From Nitrosococcus oceani ATCC 19707 (GTDB lineage Bacteria; Pseudomonadota; Gammaproteobacteria; Nitrosococcales; Nitrosococcaceae), in contig NC_007484.1 of assembly GCF_000012805.1 (NCBI RefSeq), positions 1,620,001 to 1,652,000 on the forward strand: a stretch of DNA of 32,000 nucleotides, in the 5' to 3' direction. The notes under the pieces are model-generated. The model worked only from the letters and a program-made list of their open reading frames with translations. It searched no databases and had not been told where the DNA came from. Position numbers and translations under genes: made by a program. Shown here one piece after another: positions 24,415 through 32,000 of this stretch; within the stretch, counting starts at the first letter, position 1; every line of letters starts with the position of its first letter.

Positions 24415-24735
24415 ATGAGCGAATCAACTTTAAACCAAGACGAGATCATTGTTGCCCTGCATGAAGTGATTGATCCCGAGGCCGGTGTCAGTATAGTCGA
24501 CCTGGGTCTTATCTATCATATTCAGATGTATGAGCGCCGCATTGATATCCGGATGACGATGACCACGCCTGCCTGTCCCTTGCATGAGTCTATCCGTGCT
24601 GAGATAAAAGCAGCGATTGGGCGTTGTTTACCGGAGATTAGTGAAGTGTCCGTGGAATTGGTATGGGATCCTCCCTGGCACCCGGATAGGATGTCTGAAA
24701 GGGCTAAACGCCAACTAGGTTGGTTTGGCCGGTAG
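24415..24735 (+). CDS. DUF59 / MIP18-family Fe-S cluster assembly-type protein
   Basis: MSESTLNQDEIIVALHEVIDPEAGVSIVDLGLIY...MTMTTPACPL is the canonical DUF59 pattern. ATG 24415 is preferred over GTG 24379. Confidence 0.85.
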   Translation: MSESTLNQDEIIVALHEVIDPEAGVSIVDLGLIYHIQMYERRIDIRMTMTTPACPLHESIRAEIKAAIGRCLPEISEVSVELVWDPPWHPDRMSERAKRQLGWFGR

Positions 24736-24992
24736 GAAATAAAGTATTACTTTTGGCGGGGAATTGATGGTGCTTAGATGATCTATCGCGTGCCTTTATT
24801 CGTGTTAGGGTTTTTTTGCCTGCCTGCTACTCTTTTAGCGCCGCCCATGGTAGCAGGCTTGTGTGGCGTGCTTATCAGCCTTGAGGGGAGTGTTGGCCTG
24901 GGTGCCCGCCGGGCTTATGAATGCCTCATCTTTAGGGTAGGAGGAGTGCTCCTCATTCGCGGGCAGCATCTGCAAGCAAGGGCAGGGATTGT

Positions 24993-26141
24993 TTGAGCCA
25001 GGGAAAGAGTAAGCCCCTATCGGCTGATCTCCTCTTCTTTCCTGCCGCAGCTGCTTTGGCGGTGATCGCCATGCCGGGTTGGCTAGCCATATTACAGGGT
25101 TGGATATCTGCCCCTGGGCCTTATTGGCATGGGCATGAGATGTTGCTGGGTTATGCTTTTGCCGTGGTCTCTGGGTACCTTATCAGCCGGGTATCGCTAG
25201 TGACGGTGGGGCTCCTTTTCGTCAGCTGGTTTGCTGCGCGCCTGGCTGCTCTTGGCCTTATGGGAGAGGGATGGCAAGCAGCCTTACCGGGCCTGATTTT
25301 TGCCGGGCTGGCGGCCTATTTCGCTGCATCTCCTTTCCTGCGGGCAGCAAAGAAACTTGAAAACCGGGTTTTTGGACCTTTGTTTATCGGGATTGGCATT
25401 TGCGAGCTTATTTACCAGTTAGGGGTGAGCAAGGTAGTGCCTGGCGCGGAACCCTTTGCCTTGCTGATGGCTGTGGATTTATTTGCGTTGCTCTTATTGC
25501 TTATGGGGGGACGCGTGATTGCGCCGGCGGTAGCAGGTCATTTTCATCGGCGTGGGGAGGTTCTGGCTGCCCGAGTCCAGCCTCGTTTGGAGCGGACGGC
25601 CATTTTATGTATGCTGGGGATGATCATACTGGATATGATTCCAGGCGCAGCCCCGGCTGGGGGAATATTTGCTCTAGGCGCCAGTGCTGTGACCGCGATC
25701 CGAGCCTGGCGCTGGCGGTTGTGGCGGGTATTGGATACCCCCCATCTATGGGCGCTAGGTTTGGGCTATCTTTGGCTTGTTCCAGGTCTCGGCCTCAAGG
25801 GGTGGGCGCAGCTTACGGGGAGTCTTAGTTTAGACTGGGCGTTCCACGGCATTACCGTTGGCGCGCTTGGAACATTGACCCTTGTTGTGATGGCCCGTAC
25901 CCGCTTGCAGCGGAGCCGTCAAGGGCTTGAGGATTTTAGAGATATAGGTGTCGCGGCATTAGGGGTGAGCCTCGCTGCGATACTACGCTTGGGCGCACCG
26001 TTGGCGGATGGAGAGTATATGTTCTTGCTTTTATGGGGCTCTGCCATCGCTTGGTCGGTTGCCTTTAGTCTGCTATTGCGCCGTTTAATTCTCATTTATC
26101 GCAAAGGGCCGGAAGGAGCAAGAAAAAGACCAGAATATTAA
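24993..26141 (+). CDS. nnrS: NnrS family membrane protein (NO-stress associated)
   Basis: 382 aa and polytopic. The signature YWHGHEMLLGYAFAVVSGYL is typical of NnrS. A TTG start is implied. Confidence 0.85.
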   Translation: MSQGKSKPLSADLLFFPAAAALAVIAMPGWLAILQGWISAPGPYWHGHEMLLGYAFAVVSGYLISRVSLVTVGLLFVSWFAARLAALGLMGEGWQAALPGLIFAGLAAYFAASPFLRAAKKLENRVFGPLFIGIGICELIYQLGVSKVVPGAEPFALLMAVDLFALLLLLMGGRVIAPAVAGHFHRRGEVLAARVQPRLERTAILCMLGMIILDMIPGAAPAGGIFALGASAVTAIRAWRWRLWRVLDTPHLWALGLGYLWLVPGLGLKGWAQLTGSLSLDWAFHGITVGALGTLTLVVMARTRLQRSRQGLEDFRDIGVAALGVSLAAILRLGAPLADGEYMFLLLWGSAIAWSVAFSLLLRRLILIYRKGPEGARKRPEY

Positions 26142-26159
26142 GAGCATGGTGGCGTCAGG

Positions 26160-26195
26160 GACCGTGGTTTATTTTGAGGTAAACACTGGTCTTTT
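26160..26195 (+). terminator. Imperfect hairpin plus T4 between convergent nnrS and the PhnD-like gene
   Basis: GACCGTGGTTTA-N8-TAAACACTGGTC with an internal mismatch, followed by TTTT. Confidence 0.35.
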
Positions 26196-26941
26196 CAAAC
26201 CACCAAAGTATCCATGAGATCAATCATGAATTCTGTATTTTCTTGATTGACCGCTTCCCAGCCGCTGAAACCAAGACTTTTTAAAACTCCTTGACCTTTC
26301 TCATTTTCCATCATGCCCATGAGGGCTCCTAATAGCTTTTCTTGTTTATCCGCCAAAGCGGGGCCGAGCATCAGAGAGTGATGAATAAGCCGAATCTGGC
26401 TGCTAACCAGAATTCGAAGCTGGCTTTTAACCATGGAAGATAAGTTATCGAAGGCTTCGGCCAAGAAAATTCCTACATCACTTTCGCCCCGCAGCAAATC
26501 CTTTGCAACCATGAGGTAATTATCTCGGATGTTCAGTTGTATATTGGCCGAATTCAAATCGGCCGGCTCAAGCATGATGAGACCTACCATGTGGATATCC
26601 GGATCATTGGTAATAGCCACTTTCACTCCGGCTTCCAAATCTTCCACGGTTTTTGCGGGACTACGGGTATGAACAGCGACGGTGGCTTCGTCCGCTTCAT
26701 CTTTTGGCTTAACTAAAGCGGTGAACCCTTTTTCTCTCACCAGCATTGAGGTATCGTAGGGATTGGCATAAATTAAATCTACTTTCCCTGCATCGATGGC
26801 ATCGCGCTGGGTTTGAAAATCATTATACATTTCCAGGTGGACAGCTTCACCCAGGGCTTTCTGTAGCCAGGTATTAAAAATATACCAGCCGGATAAATGA
26901 TCCGGGGTAAAATCTGGACTAACGGTAAAATTATAGGACAT
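26195..26941 (-). CDS. PhnD/SsuA-type periplasmic-binding-fold protein without signal peptide
   Basis: MSYNFTVSPDFTPDHLSGWYIFNTWLQ...GKVDLIYANPYD resembles PhnD-like substrate-binding proteins. The start is taken at the internal ATG 26941, because the upstream PAS gene stops at 26965. Confidence 0.75.
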   Translation of the reverse strand: MSYNFTVSPDFTPDHLSGWYIFNTWLQKALGEAVHLEMYNDFQTQRDAIDAGKVDLIYANPYDTSMLVREKGFTALVKPKDEADEATVAVHTRSPAKTVEDLEAGVKVAITNDPDIHMVGLIMLEPADLNSANIQLNIRDNYLMVAKDLLRGESDVGIFLAEAFDNLSSMVKSQLRILVSSQIRLIHHSLMLGPALADKQEKLLGALMGMMENEKGQGVLKSLGFSGWEAVNQENTEFMIDLMDTLVV

Positions 26942-26964
26942 GAATACCTCTCCGTGGTTGCAGA

Positions 26965-27441
26965 TTAGAATAGGCTTGGATACTGGCCAATGCATTCTTC
27001 GATCTTTTTATGGGAAGCTTTGCGGCGCACCGAGGTATAACCGATGACTTTGCCGTTGCGGATATTGGGAAGCACGGTTGCTTTAACCCAGTAGTAACCG
27101 CCATCTTTGCGAAGATTTTTGATGAATCCCTGCCATTTATCTCCTCTTTTCAAGGTATCCCATAGATCTTTGTATATGGTCGGTGGTATGTCGGGGTGCT
27201 TTAGAATGGAATGGGGAACACCGATTAATTCTTCTTTGGCATAGCCGGACATATCGACAAAAGATTGGTTGCAGTGGGTGATGCGCCCCTCTGGATCGGT
27301 TCTAGAAACAATGAGGCGGCCGTCTGGATAAGGCGTTTCCATCTCCGTGTAGAGAATACGACGTGGTCCAATGCCATAGAGATCTAGCATAGCTTGTCTA
27401 TAATCTCCTACAATATCTTCGGGTACCATATCCCTGATCAT
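26965..27441 (-). CDS. Stand-alone PAS domain protein (Aer-type PAS)
   Basis: TDPEGRITHCNQSFVDMSGYAKEELIGVPHSILKHPDIP...LWDTLKRGDKWQGFIKNLRKDGGYYWVKATV is the Aer/MCP-type PAS pattern. Confidence 0.85.
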   Translation of the reverse strand: MIRDMVPEDIVGDYRQAMLDLYGIGPRRILYTEMETPYPDGRLIVSRTDPEGRITHCNQSFVDMSGYAKEELIGVPHSILKHPDIPPTIYKDLWDTLKRGDKWQGFIKNLRKDGGYYWVKATVLPNIRNGKVIGYTSVRRKASHKKIEECIGQYPSLF

Positions 27442-27542
27442 TTAGTTCCTCTCTTCGGATAGAATGGCGTATTGAAAAATACCTGTCTGAATTTGCAGTC
27501 AATCTTCCAAAATATTGTTTAATAGGGAGTCCATGGGCTCTC

Positions 27543-27905
27543 TCATATCATTGAAGCGATGCTTTCAGCCGCCCTTTTGACATCAAGAAAAATTAACCCA
27601 AGTTTTGCGCGGGGTTTTGCCATGACTGTGAGTACGGCTTCATCGCCTGCATAGGTCATTAGCACATAGCCGTGATCCCCTTTTATCAGAACTTGCTCCA
27701 GAGCCCCACGTTCTAGTTCTTTGGCGCTTCTATCACCTAACGACAGCATGGCAGCGCTCATGGCGCCGACCCTGTCTTCATCGAGGGTAGTAGGTAAAAC
27801 CGCGGCTATCATTAGACCATCGGTTGAAATGACTCCAGATGCCTCGATATCGGCAGAGGTGCTATTGAGATCATTGAGGACAGCAGTCAGCATATCTGCG
27901 CGCAT
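27543..27905 (-). CDS. Roadblock/LC7 (MglB-like) domain protein
   Basis: 120 aa. LNDLNSTSADIEASGVISTDGLMIAA...MSAAMLSLGDRSAKEL...GYVLMTYAGDEAVLTVM matches the Robl_LC7 pattern. GGAG RBS present. Confidence 0.82.
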   Translation of the reverse strand: MRADMLTAVLNDLNSTSADIEASGVISTDGLMIAAVLPTTLDEDRVGAMSAAMLSLGDRSAKELERGALEQVLIKGDHGYVLMTYAGDEAVLTVMAKPRAKLGLIFLDVKRAAESIASMI

Positions 27906-28051
27906 TTCATGCTCCTATTACCAATCCATTTTAAGAAGAGAAAGATTATTTAAGTAAGTATGTATTGAAATAGGGATTGGGGATCTAGACGGGGTTCACA
28001 GAATGGGGTTCTTTCGCTCAACCTCATGTCCTAATTATTATTGACATAACA

Positions 28052-28066
28052 TGTTATGTTATAACA
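28052..28066. promoter_or_regulatory. Zur-box-like palindrome TGTTAT-GTT-ATAACA overlapping a TTGACA promoter element
   Basis: Two overlapping 12-bp perfect palindromes, ATAACATGTTAT (28046-28057) and ATGTTATAACAT (28056-28067). TGTTAT-N3-ATAACA fits the Zur box form I recall for znuD-type genes. It lies 22 nt upstream of the receptor start. Confidence 0.55.
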
Positions 28067-28087
28067 TTATATAAATTTAGAGAGTGA

Positions 28088-30157
28088 ATGCAAGTGATTA
28101 TATTGAGATGGGCAAGTCTCTGCTGGGGGATGCTGTTTTTGTTGCCTTTTTTTAAGGCACAAGCAATGGACGACGCCGTAGCATTGGAAGCGTTAGTGGT
28201 GACGGCTGATCCCTTGGGCAGAAGCGAGGAGGATATATTGCAGCCTACTTCGGTACTGATGGGTAAGGCGTTATCGATTAAGGATAAACGCAATATTGGG
28301 GAGGCTGTGGCTGGGGAACTCGGGGTGACTTCCAGCGACTTTGGCCCTGCGGTAGGCCGTCCAATTATCCGGGGTTTGGGCGGAACCCGCGTTCGCGTAT
28401 TAGAAGACGGCATTGGGGCCATGGATGTTTCCGCTATCAGTCCGGACCATGCGGTGGCTGTCCAACCTTTCTTTGCGGATCAGATTGAAATTTTCAAGGG
28501 GCCGGCTACTTTACTATACGGCAGTGGTGCTATTGGGGGAGTGGTTAATATTGTCGACCACCGAATTCTCGATTATGTCCCCGAAGCCATTGAGGGGGAT
28601 GTGTACGGCCATTATGATTCGGTTGCTGATGACGCTACCGGCGTTTTTCGCTTTAATGCCGGTGCAGGCGATTTTGCATTTCACCTGGCTGGCCTTTTGC
28701 GGGATACGGAGGATTATGGTATTCCGGGATTTGCCCAGGTTAATCCTGAGCCGGGCGCGAAAAGTGGAACACTTGCAAACAGCGATGTCCACACCAAGAA
28801 TTTTACCGGTGGTTTATCTCTCGTTCGTGATGAGGGATTTTTAGGGCTTGCCGTGAGTCGCCTCACCAATGAATATGGTGTCCCTGGTGAGCATGGGCAT
28901 GAAGATGAAGCAGGGCAGGCGCACGAAGAGGGCGGAGTCCGTATTGATCAAGCCCAGACCCGTCTTGATATTAAAGGGACCTTATACTTACCTTTAGCGG
29001 GAATCCAAACCATTAAAACCCGATGGGGCCATAATGATCATACCCATCAGGAATTTGAGCCCTCTGGGCTGGCTAGCACGATTTTAAATAACAAAGAGTG
29101 GGAGGGTCGGGTTGAATTTCTTCATACTCCTTTTGGAGAGTGGGAGGGGGTCGCTGGATTGCAATACCGCAACCGGGACCTTTCCGCTAGAGGAGAGGAG
29201 GCTTTCATGCCTCCCTCCTCGCGGATGGATTCTATAAGTGTCTTTATTTTAGAAGAGCGTGCTTGGCGACGCTGGCATTTCGAGATGGGGGGGCGATTTG
29301 AGCATCAGGTAGCTAAGAAATCAGAGGGTGGCCCGCACGCGAGCCATAATCTATTCAGTATCTCTGGCGGAGCCATGTGGGATTTCTGGAAAGACTATGC
29401 TGTCGGCTTCAATGTTTCCCATTCCGAGCGGGCCCCCGCGTTGGAAGAGCTATTTTCAGAAGGTCCCCACCTGGCTACCAATACGTTTGAAATTGGCAAT
29501 CCTTTCCTGAACAAGGAAATCTCCAATAATTTGGATCTATCCTTGCGTAAGACTCGTTCACATTGGCATTGGAAGTTGAATCTTTTCGCTAATTTCATCA
29601 GCGATTTCATTTTCTTACAAGAGCAGGATAAAAATGGCGATGGGATCGCTGATCGGGTTAATTTGGAGGGGGAACCGTCCATGGACCCGGATGGGCTTTT
29701 GTTGGTAAACGAAAAACAAGCGGATGCTGAATTTTTTGGAGTAGAATTCGAAACAGTAATAGGTCTATTTGAGGATCATCGCGGCAAGCTGGATCTTCGT
29801 TTATGGACCGACTATGTCAGGGGTAAATTGAAAAATGGCGCTAATTTGCCTCGAATAACTCCTTTGCGCTTTGGGAGTGAATTGGATTATGAGCGAGGGC
29901 CAGGGTATGCGGGCATTAATCTAATGCGGGTTCAAGCCCAAGATGAGACGGCAGCGCTAGAGACGGAGACCGGGGGCTATACCCTATTAAAGGTTTATAT
30001 GGGATATCGCTTTGCGCTGGGGCCGGTACAGTATGCTGTTTTCCTGCGGGGGACAAATCTCTTAAACGAGAAAGCTCGGCGCCATACTTCCTTTTTAAAA
30101 AATCAGGCTCCTTTACCAGGCCGTTCAGCCATGGTGGGAGTAAACGCGACTTTCTAA
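28088..30157 (+). CDS. TonB-dependent outer-membrane receptor, ZnuD-like (His/Glu-rich loop)
   Basis: Signal peptide ending FFKAQA, TonB-box-like ALEALVVTAD, plug motifs (RGLGGTRVRVLEDG, IEIFKGPATLLYGSGAIGGVVNIV), and a terminal F in VNATF. The loop GEHGHEDEAGQAHEEGG suggests metal (zinc) capture. Confidence 0.9.
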   Translation: MQVIILRWASLCWGMLFLLPFFKAQAMDDAVALEALVVTADPLGRSEEDILQPTSVLMGKALSIKDKRNIGEAVAGELGVTSSDFGPAVGRPIIRGLGGTRVRVLEDGIGAMDVSAISPDHAVAVQPFFADQIEIFKGPATLLYGSGAIGGVVNIVDHRILDYVPEAIEGDVYGHYDSVADDATGVFRFNAGAGDFAFHLAGLLRDTEDYGIPGFAQVNPEPGAKSGTLANSDVHTKNFTGGLSLVRDEGFLGLAVSRLTNEYGVPGEHGHEDEAGQAHEEGGVRIDQAQTRLDIKGTLYLPLAGIQTIKTRWGHNDHTHQEFEPSGLASTILNNKEWEGRVEFLHTPFGEWEGVAGLQYRNRDLSARGEEAFMPPSSRMDSISVFILEERAWRRWHFEMGGRFEHQVAKKSEGGPHASHNLFSISGGAMWDFWKDYAVGFNVSHSERAPALEELFSEGPHLATNTFEIGNPFLNKEISNNLDLSLRKTRSHWHWKLNLFANFISDFIFLQEQDKNGDGIADRVNLEGEPSMDPDGLLLVNEKQADAEFFGVEFETVIGLFEDHRGKLDLRLWTDYVRGKLKNGANLPRITPLRFGSELDYERGPGYAGINLMRVQAQDETAALETETGGYTLLKVYMGYRFALGPVQYAVFLRGTNLLNEKARRHTSFLKNQAPLPGRSAMVGVNATF

Positions 30158-30183
30158 CTTCTGTTGGCTTGCTTTTCTCAGCA

Positions 30184-30434
30184 ATTTGGAGTTTCGCCAT
30201 GAATTCGCGCTTCAACGGGCGCTTTGGGTTGGCCACGACTTAGCGCGCAAGACCCTCCATTGGGTATTACCCTCCACGGGCATCACTTCCCGGCCTTCCG
30301 CCGGTAGGTCGCCCTCTTGGCAATGGGAAAATGTACCGCGAATTCATGGCGAAACGCGGGTAATGTTGGCCCTCGTGTTCGGCGTGCCGTTTCACTTCGC
30401 CTGCCTGCAGCAGGCAGGCGAGCTCACTAGGGGG
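30184..30434 (+). repeat. Best-preserved copy (B) of the palindrome-based repeat family (MITE-like)
   Basis: Perfect 19-bp inverted repeat: GTTTCGCCATGAATTCGCG (30191-30209) and CGCGAATTCATGGCGAAAC (30337-30355). The right flank is homologous to copies A and C. The left end is identical over 19 nt (reverse complement) to 12669-12687. Confidence 0.65.
30398..30420. terminator. Perfect 23-nt palindrome CGCCTGCCTGC-A-GCAGGCAGGCG between convergent genes
   Basis: 11-bp GC-rich arms read directly, located between the receptor stop (30157) and the DAHP synthase stop (30427). Plausible bidirectional terminator. Confidence 0.5.
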
Positions 30435-31527
30435 TTGCTGAACATCCATGTTTAGCTTCAATGTGTTTTTCTGGCATTTGCCGCCGCTTCTGTATGGCGC
30501 GGGCAAATTCACGAAGTAACTGCTCGCTTTCCTCCCAGCCTATACAGGCATCGGTGATGCTTTGGCCATAGGTAAGAGGGGTGTTTGGGATGACGTCCTG
30601 GCGTCCTGCTACGAGATGGCTTTCCAGCATAACCCCCATGATTCGCCTATCGCCCGCAGCAATTTGTCCCGCAATATCCCTGGCAACCAGAACTTGCTTC
30701 TTGGGATTCTTGCTGCTGTTGCCATGGCTGCAATCAATCATGACTTGAGGCCGAAGGCCCGTTTGAATAAGATTATGGGCCGTCTCGTTGACGCTTGCTG
30801 CATCGTAATTAGGTTTCTGCCCACCCCGTAAAATGAGATGGCAATCTGGATTTCCGGCAGTTGAAAAAATAGCCGAACGGCCAGCCAAGGTGAGGGAGAG
30901 AAAATGATGGGGCTTTGAGGCCGAGACGATAGCGGACATGGCGGCACCTAAGCTGCCGTTGGTCGCATTCTTAAAGCCAACCGGACATGAGAGTCCCGAG
31001 GCGAGTTCCCGATGCACTTGACTTTCAGTTGTGCGAGCCCCGATTGCGCCCCAGGCAATTAGATCAGCGATATATTGTGGGCTAACGAGATCCAGGTATT
31101 CGGTGCCTGCCGGCACACCTGTTTCGGCCAGATCCAACAGCAGCCTGCGGGCCAAGCGCAAGCCTTCATTAATCTGAAAGCTGCCGTCCAAATGGGGATC
31201 GTTAATAAGCCCTTTCCAGCCTACTGTAGAGCGAGGTTTCTCAAAATAAACGCGCATGACGATGAGCAATTCATCGGCAAGCTCATCAATTAGTAGCTTG
31301 AGTCTTTTCCCATAATCCCGTGCAGCCTGGGGATCATGGATGGAGCAGGGGCCAGCGACCACCAGCAGGCGGTCATCTTTCCCGCCGAGCACTTCCTGAA
31401 TGGCTTGCCGGGTTCGATAGACTGTTTTTGATGCCTCGCTGGTAATGGGCAAGCCTTCATGGAGTTGGGCCGGGGGAATAACTTCTTGAATGTTCTTAAT
31501 GCGAAGATCTTCAGTAGGAAAGCTCAT
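30427..31527 (-). CDS. 3-deoxy-7-phosphoheptulonate (DAHP) synthase, class I (AroF/G/H type)
   Basis: Near-collinear with E. coli AroG as I recall it: DLRIKNIQEV, DDRLLVVAGPCSIHDP, VMRVYFEKPRSTVGWKGLINDP, WGAIGARTTESQVHRELASGLSCPVGFKN and ITDACIGWE. It has a roughly 16-aa C-terminal extension that runs into repeat copy B. Confidence 0.95.
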   Translation of the reverse strand: MSFPTEDLRIKNIQEVIPPAQLHEGLPITSEASKTVYRTRQAIQEVLGGKDDRLLVVAGPCSIHDPQAARDYGKRLKLLIDELADELLIVMRVYFEKPRSTVGWKGLINDPHLDGSFQINEGLRLARRLLLDLAETGVPAGTEYLDLVSPQYIADLIAWGAIGARTTESQVHRELASGLSCPVGFKNATNGSLGAAMSAIVSASKPHHFLSLTLAGRSAIFSTAGNPDCHLILRGGQKPNYDAASVNETAHNLIQTGLRPQVMIDCSHGNSSKNPKKQVLVARDIAGQIAAGDRRIMGVMLESHLVAGRQDVIPNTPLTYGQSITDACIGWEESEQLLREFARAIQKRRQMPEKHIEAKHGCSATP

Positions 31528-31609
31528 AGGTTAATTATTTCCGTTACGCTAACGCCCTATTTTACTTGCTGTTCAATTCGGGCACGATCATTTATGAATA
31601 TACGAAATG

Positions 31610-32000
31610 CTACTGAAACAGTTCAGCGTTGAGGGTAAGATGGACCCAGATGCTAGCTCCATAGCCTAAGGCAATAGCCCAGATCCATTTCAAATGGGCA
31701 AAAAAAGTATAAACTCCCCGGGCTTGGCCCATCACTGCTACTCCCGCTGCTGAACCGATGGAAAGCAATGAGCCCCCAACCCCAGCGGTCAGGGTTACTA
31801 ACAGCCATTGGCCGTGTCCCATGTCCGGCTCCATGGAGAGTACCGCAAACATGACCGGGATATTATCTACGATAGCAGAGAGTATGCCTACTAGAATATT
31901 GGCGGTGGTTGGTCCTAGATCCACGTACATGAATTGGGAACCTAGCGCCAGATAGCCAATGGCGCCCAATCCACCGACACAAAGAATAATGCCATAGAAG
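31610..32000 (-). CDS. nhaD: NhaD-type Na+/H+ antiporter (ArsB/NhaD permease superfamily), C-terminal part; gene continues beyond the window
   Basis: The ORF is open to the window edge. Hydrophobic sequence ...ILSAIVDNIPVMFAVLSM...LTAGVGGSLLSIGSAAGVAVMG resembles NhaD C-termini. Confidence 0.8.
   Translation of the reverse strand, partial: FYGIILCVGGLGAIGYLALGSQFMYVDLGPTTANILVGILSAIVDNIPVMFAVLSMEPDMGHGQWLLVTLTAGVGGSLLSIGSAAGVAVMGQARGVYTFFAHLKWIWAIALGYGASIWVHLTLNAELFQ

Noticed and set aside
24778-24996. A 72-aa hydrophobic ORF immediately upstream of, and overlapping, the nnrS start.
   Set aside because: There is no RBS and no recognisable family, and the composition is compatible with a chance ORF in GC-richer DNA. 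It could be a small membrane protein, but the evidence is insufficient.
1-32000. CRISPR arrays, rRNA genes and tRNA genes.
   Set aside because: I saw no regularly spaced short direct repeats and no rRNA- or tRNA-like sequence in any intergenic region. A tRNAscan or Infernal run would be needed for certainty.

Overview
This window looks like a gammaproteobacterial chromosome with about 30 genes. All calls come from reading the ORF translations and the DNA by eye. No searches were run, so family names are recognitions from memory.

The left 8 kb looks like a defence or accessory island:
- an RHH antitoxin-like gene with a palindromic operator;
- a frameshifted C-terminal remnant of a Type III-like restriction endonuclease;
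- a secreted thermonuclease;
- a tightly packed three-gene operon (1788-7932).

The operon encodes a full-length MmeI-family N6-adenine methyltransferase whose N-terminal nuclease motif appears dead, an SF2 DEAH-like helicase, and a T5orf172 (GIY-YIG superfamily) protein. I do not recognise this triad as a named system. It reads like a Type ISP-like restriction-modification enzyme split into three polypeptides, with a GIY-YIG-type nuclease. It is my top candidate for the novel system.

The remaining genes, in order:
- 8.2-14.7 kb: pirin, YqjG-type GST, DUF5996, a small RHH gene next to a frameshifted tnpB element, a tandem STAS-like protein, and an ECF sigma/anti-sigma pair.
- 14.9-22.2 kb: a frameshifted HExxH metalloprotease-like gene, two paralogous polysaccharide deacetylases, and a secreted beta-propeller.
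- 22.5-26.1 kb: a CopD-like membrane protein, FmdE-like, DUF59 and NnrS.
- 26.2-32.0 kb: a roadblock/PAS/PhnD-like trio, a Zur-box-preceded His-rich TonB-dependent receptor, DAHP synthase and a partial NhaD antiporter.

Non-genic structure:
- A palindrome-based repeat family (core GTTTCGCCATGAATTC / GAATTCATGGCGAAAC) has copies at the island border, around the RHH-tnpB locus and between the receptor and DAHP synthase. It includes a 19-nt exact match to the tnpB right-end flank.
- A ~60-bp direct repeat brackets a 2-kb segment.

I saw no CRISPR array, rRNA or tRNA.
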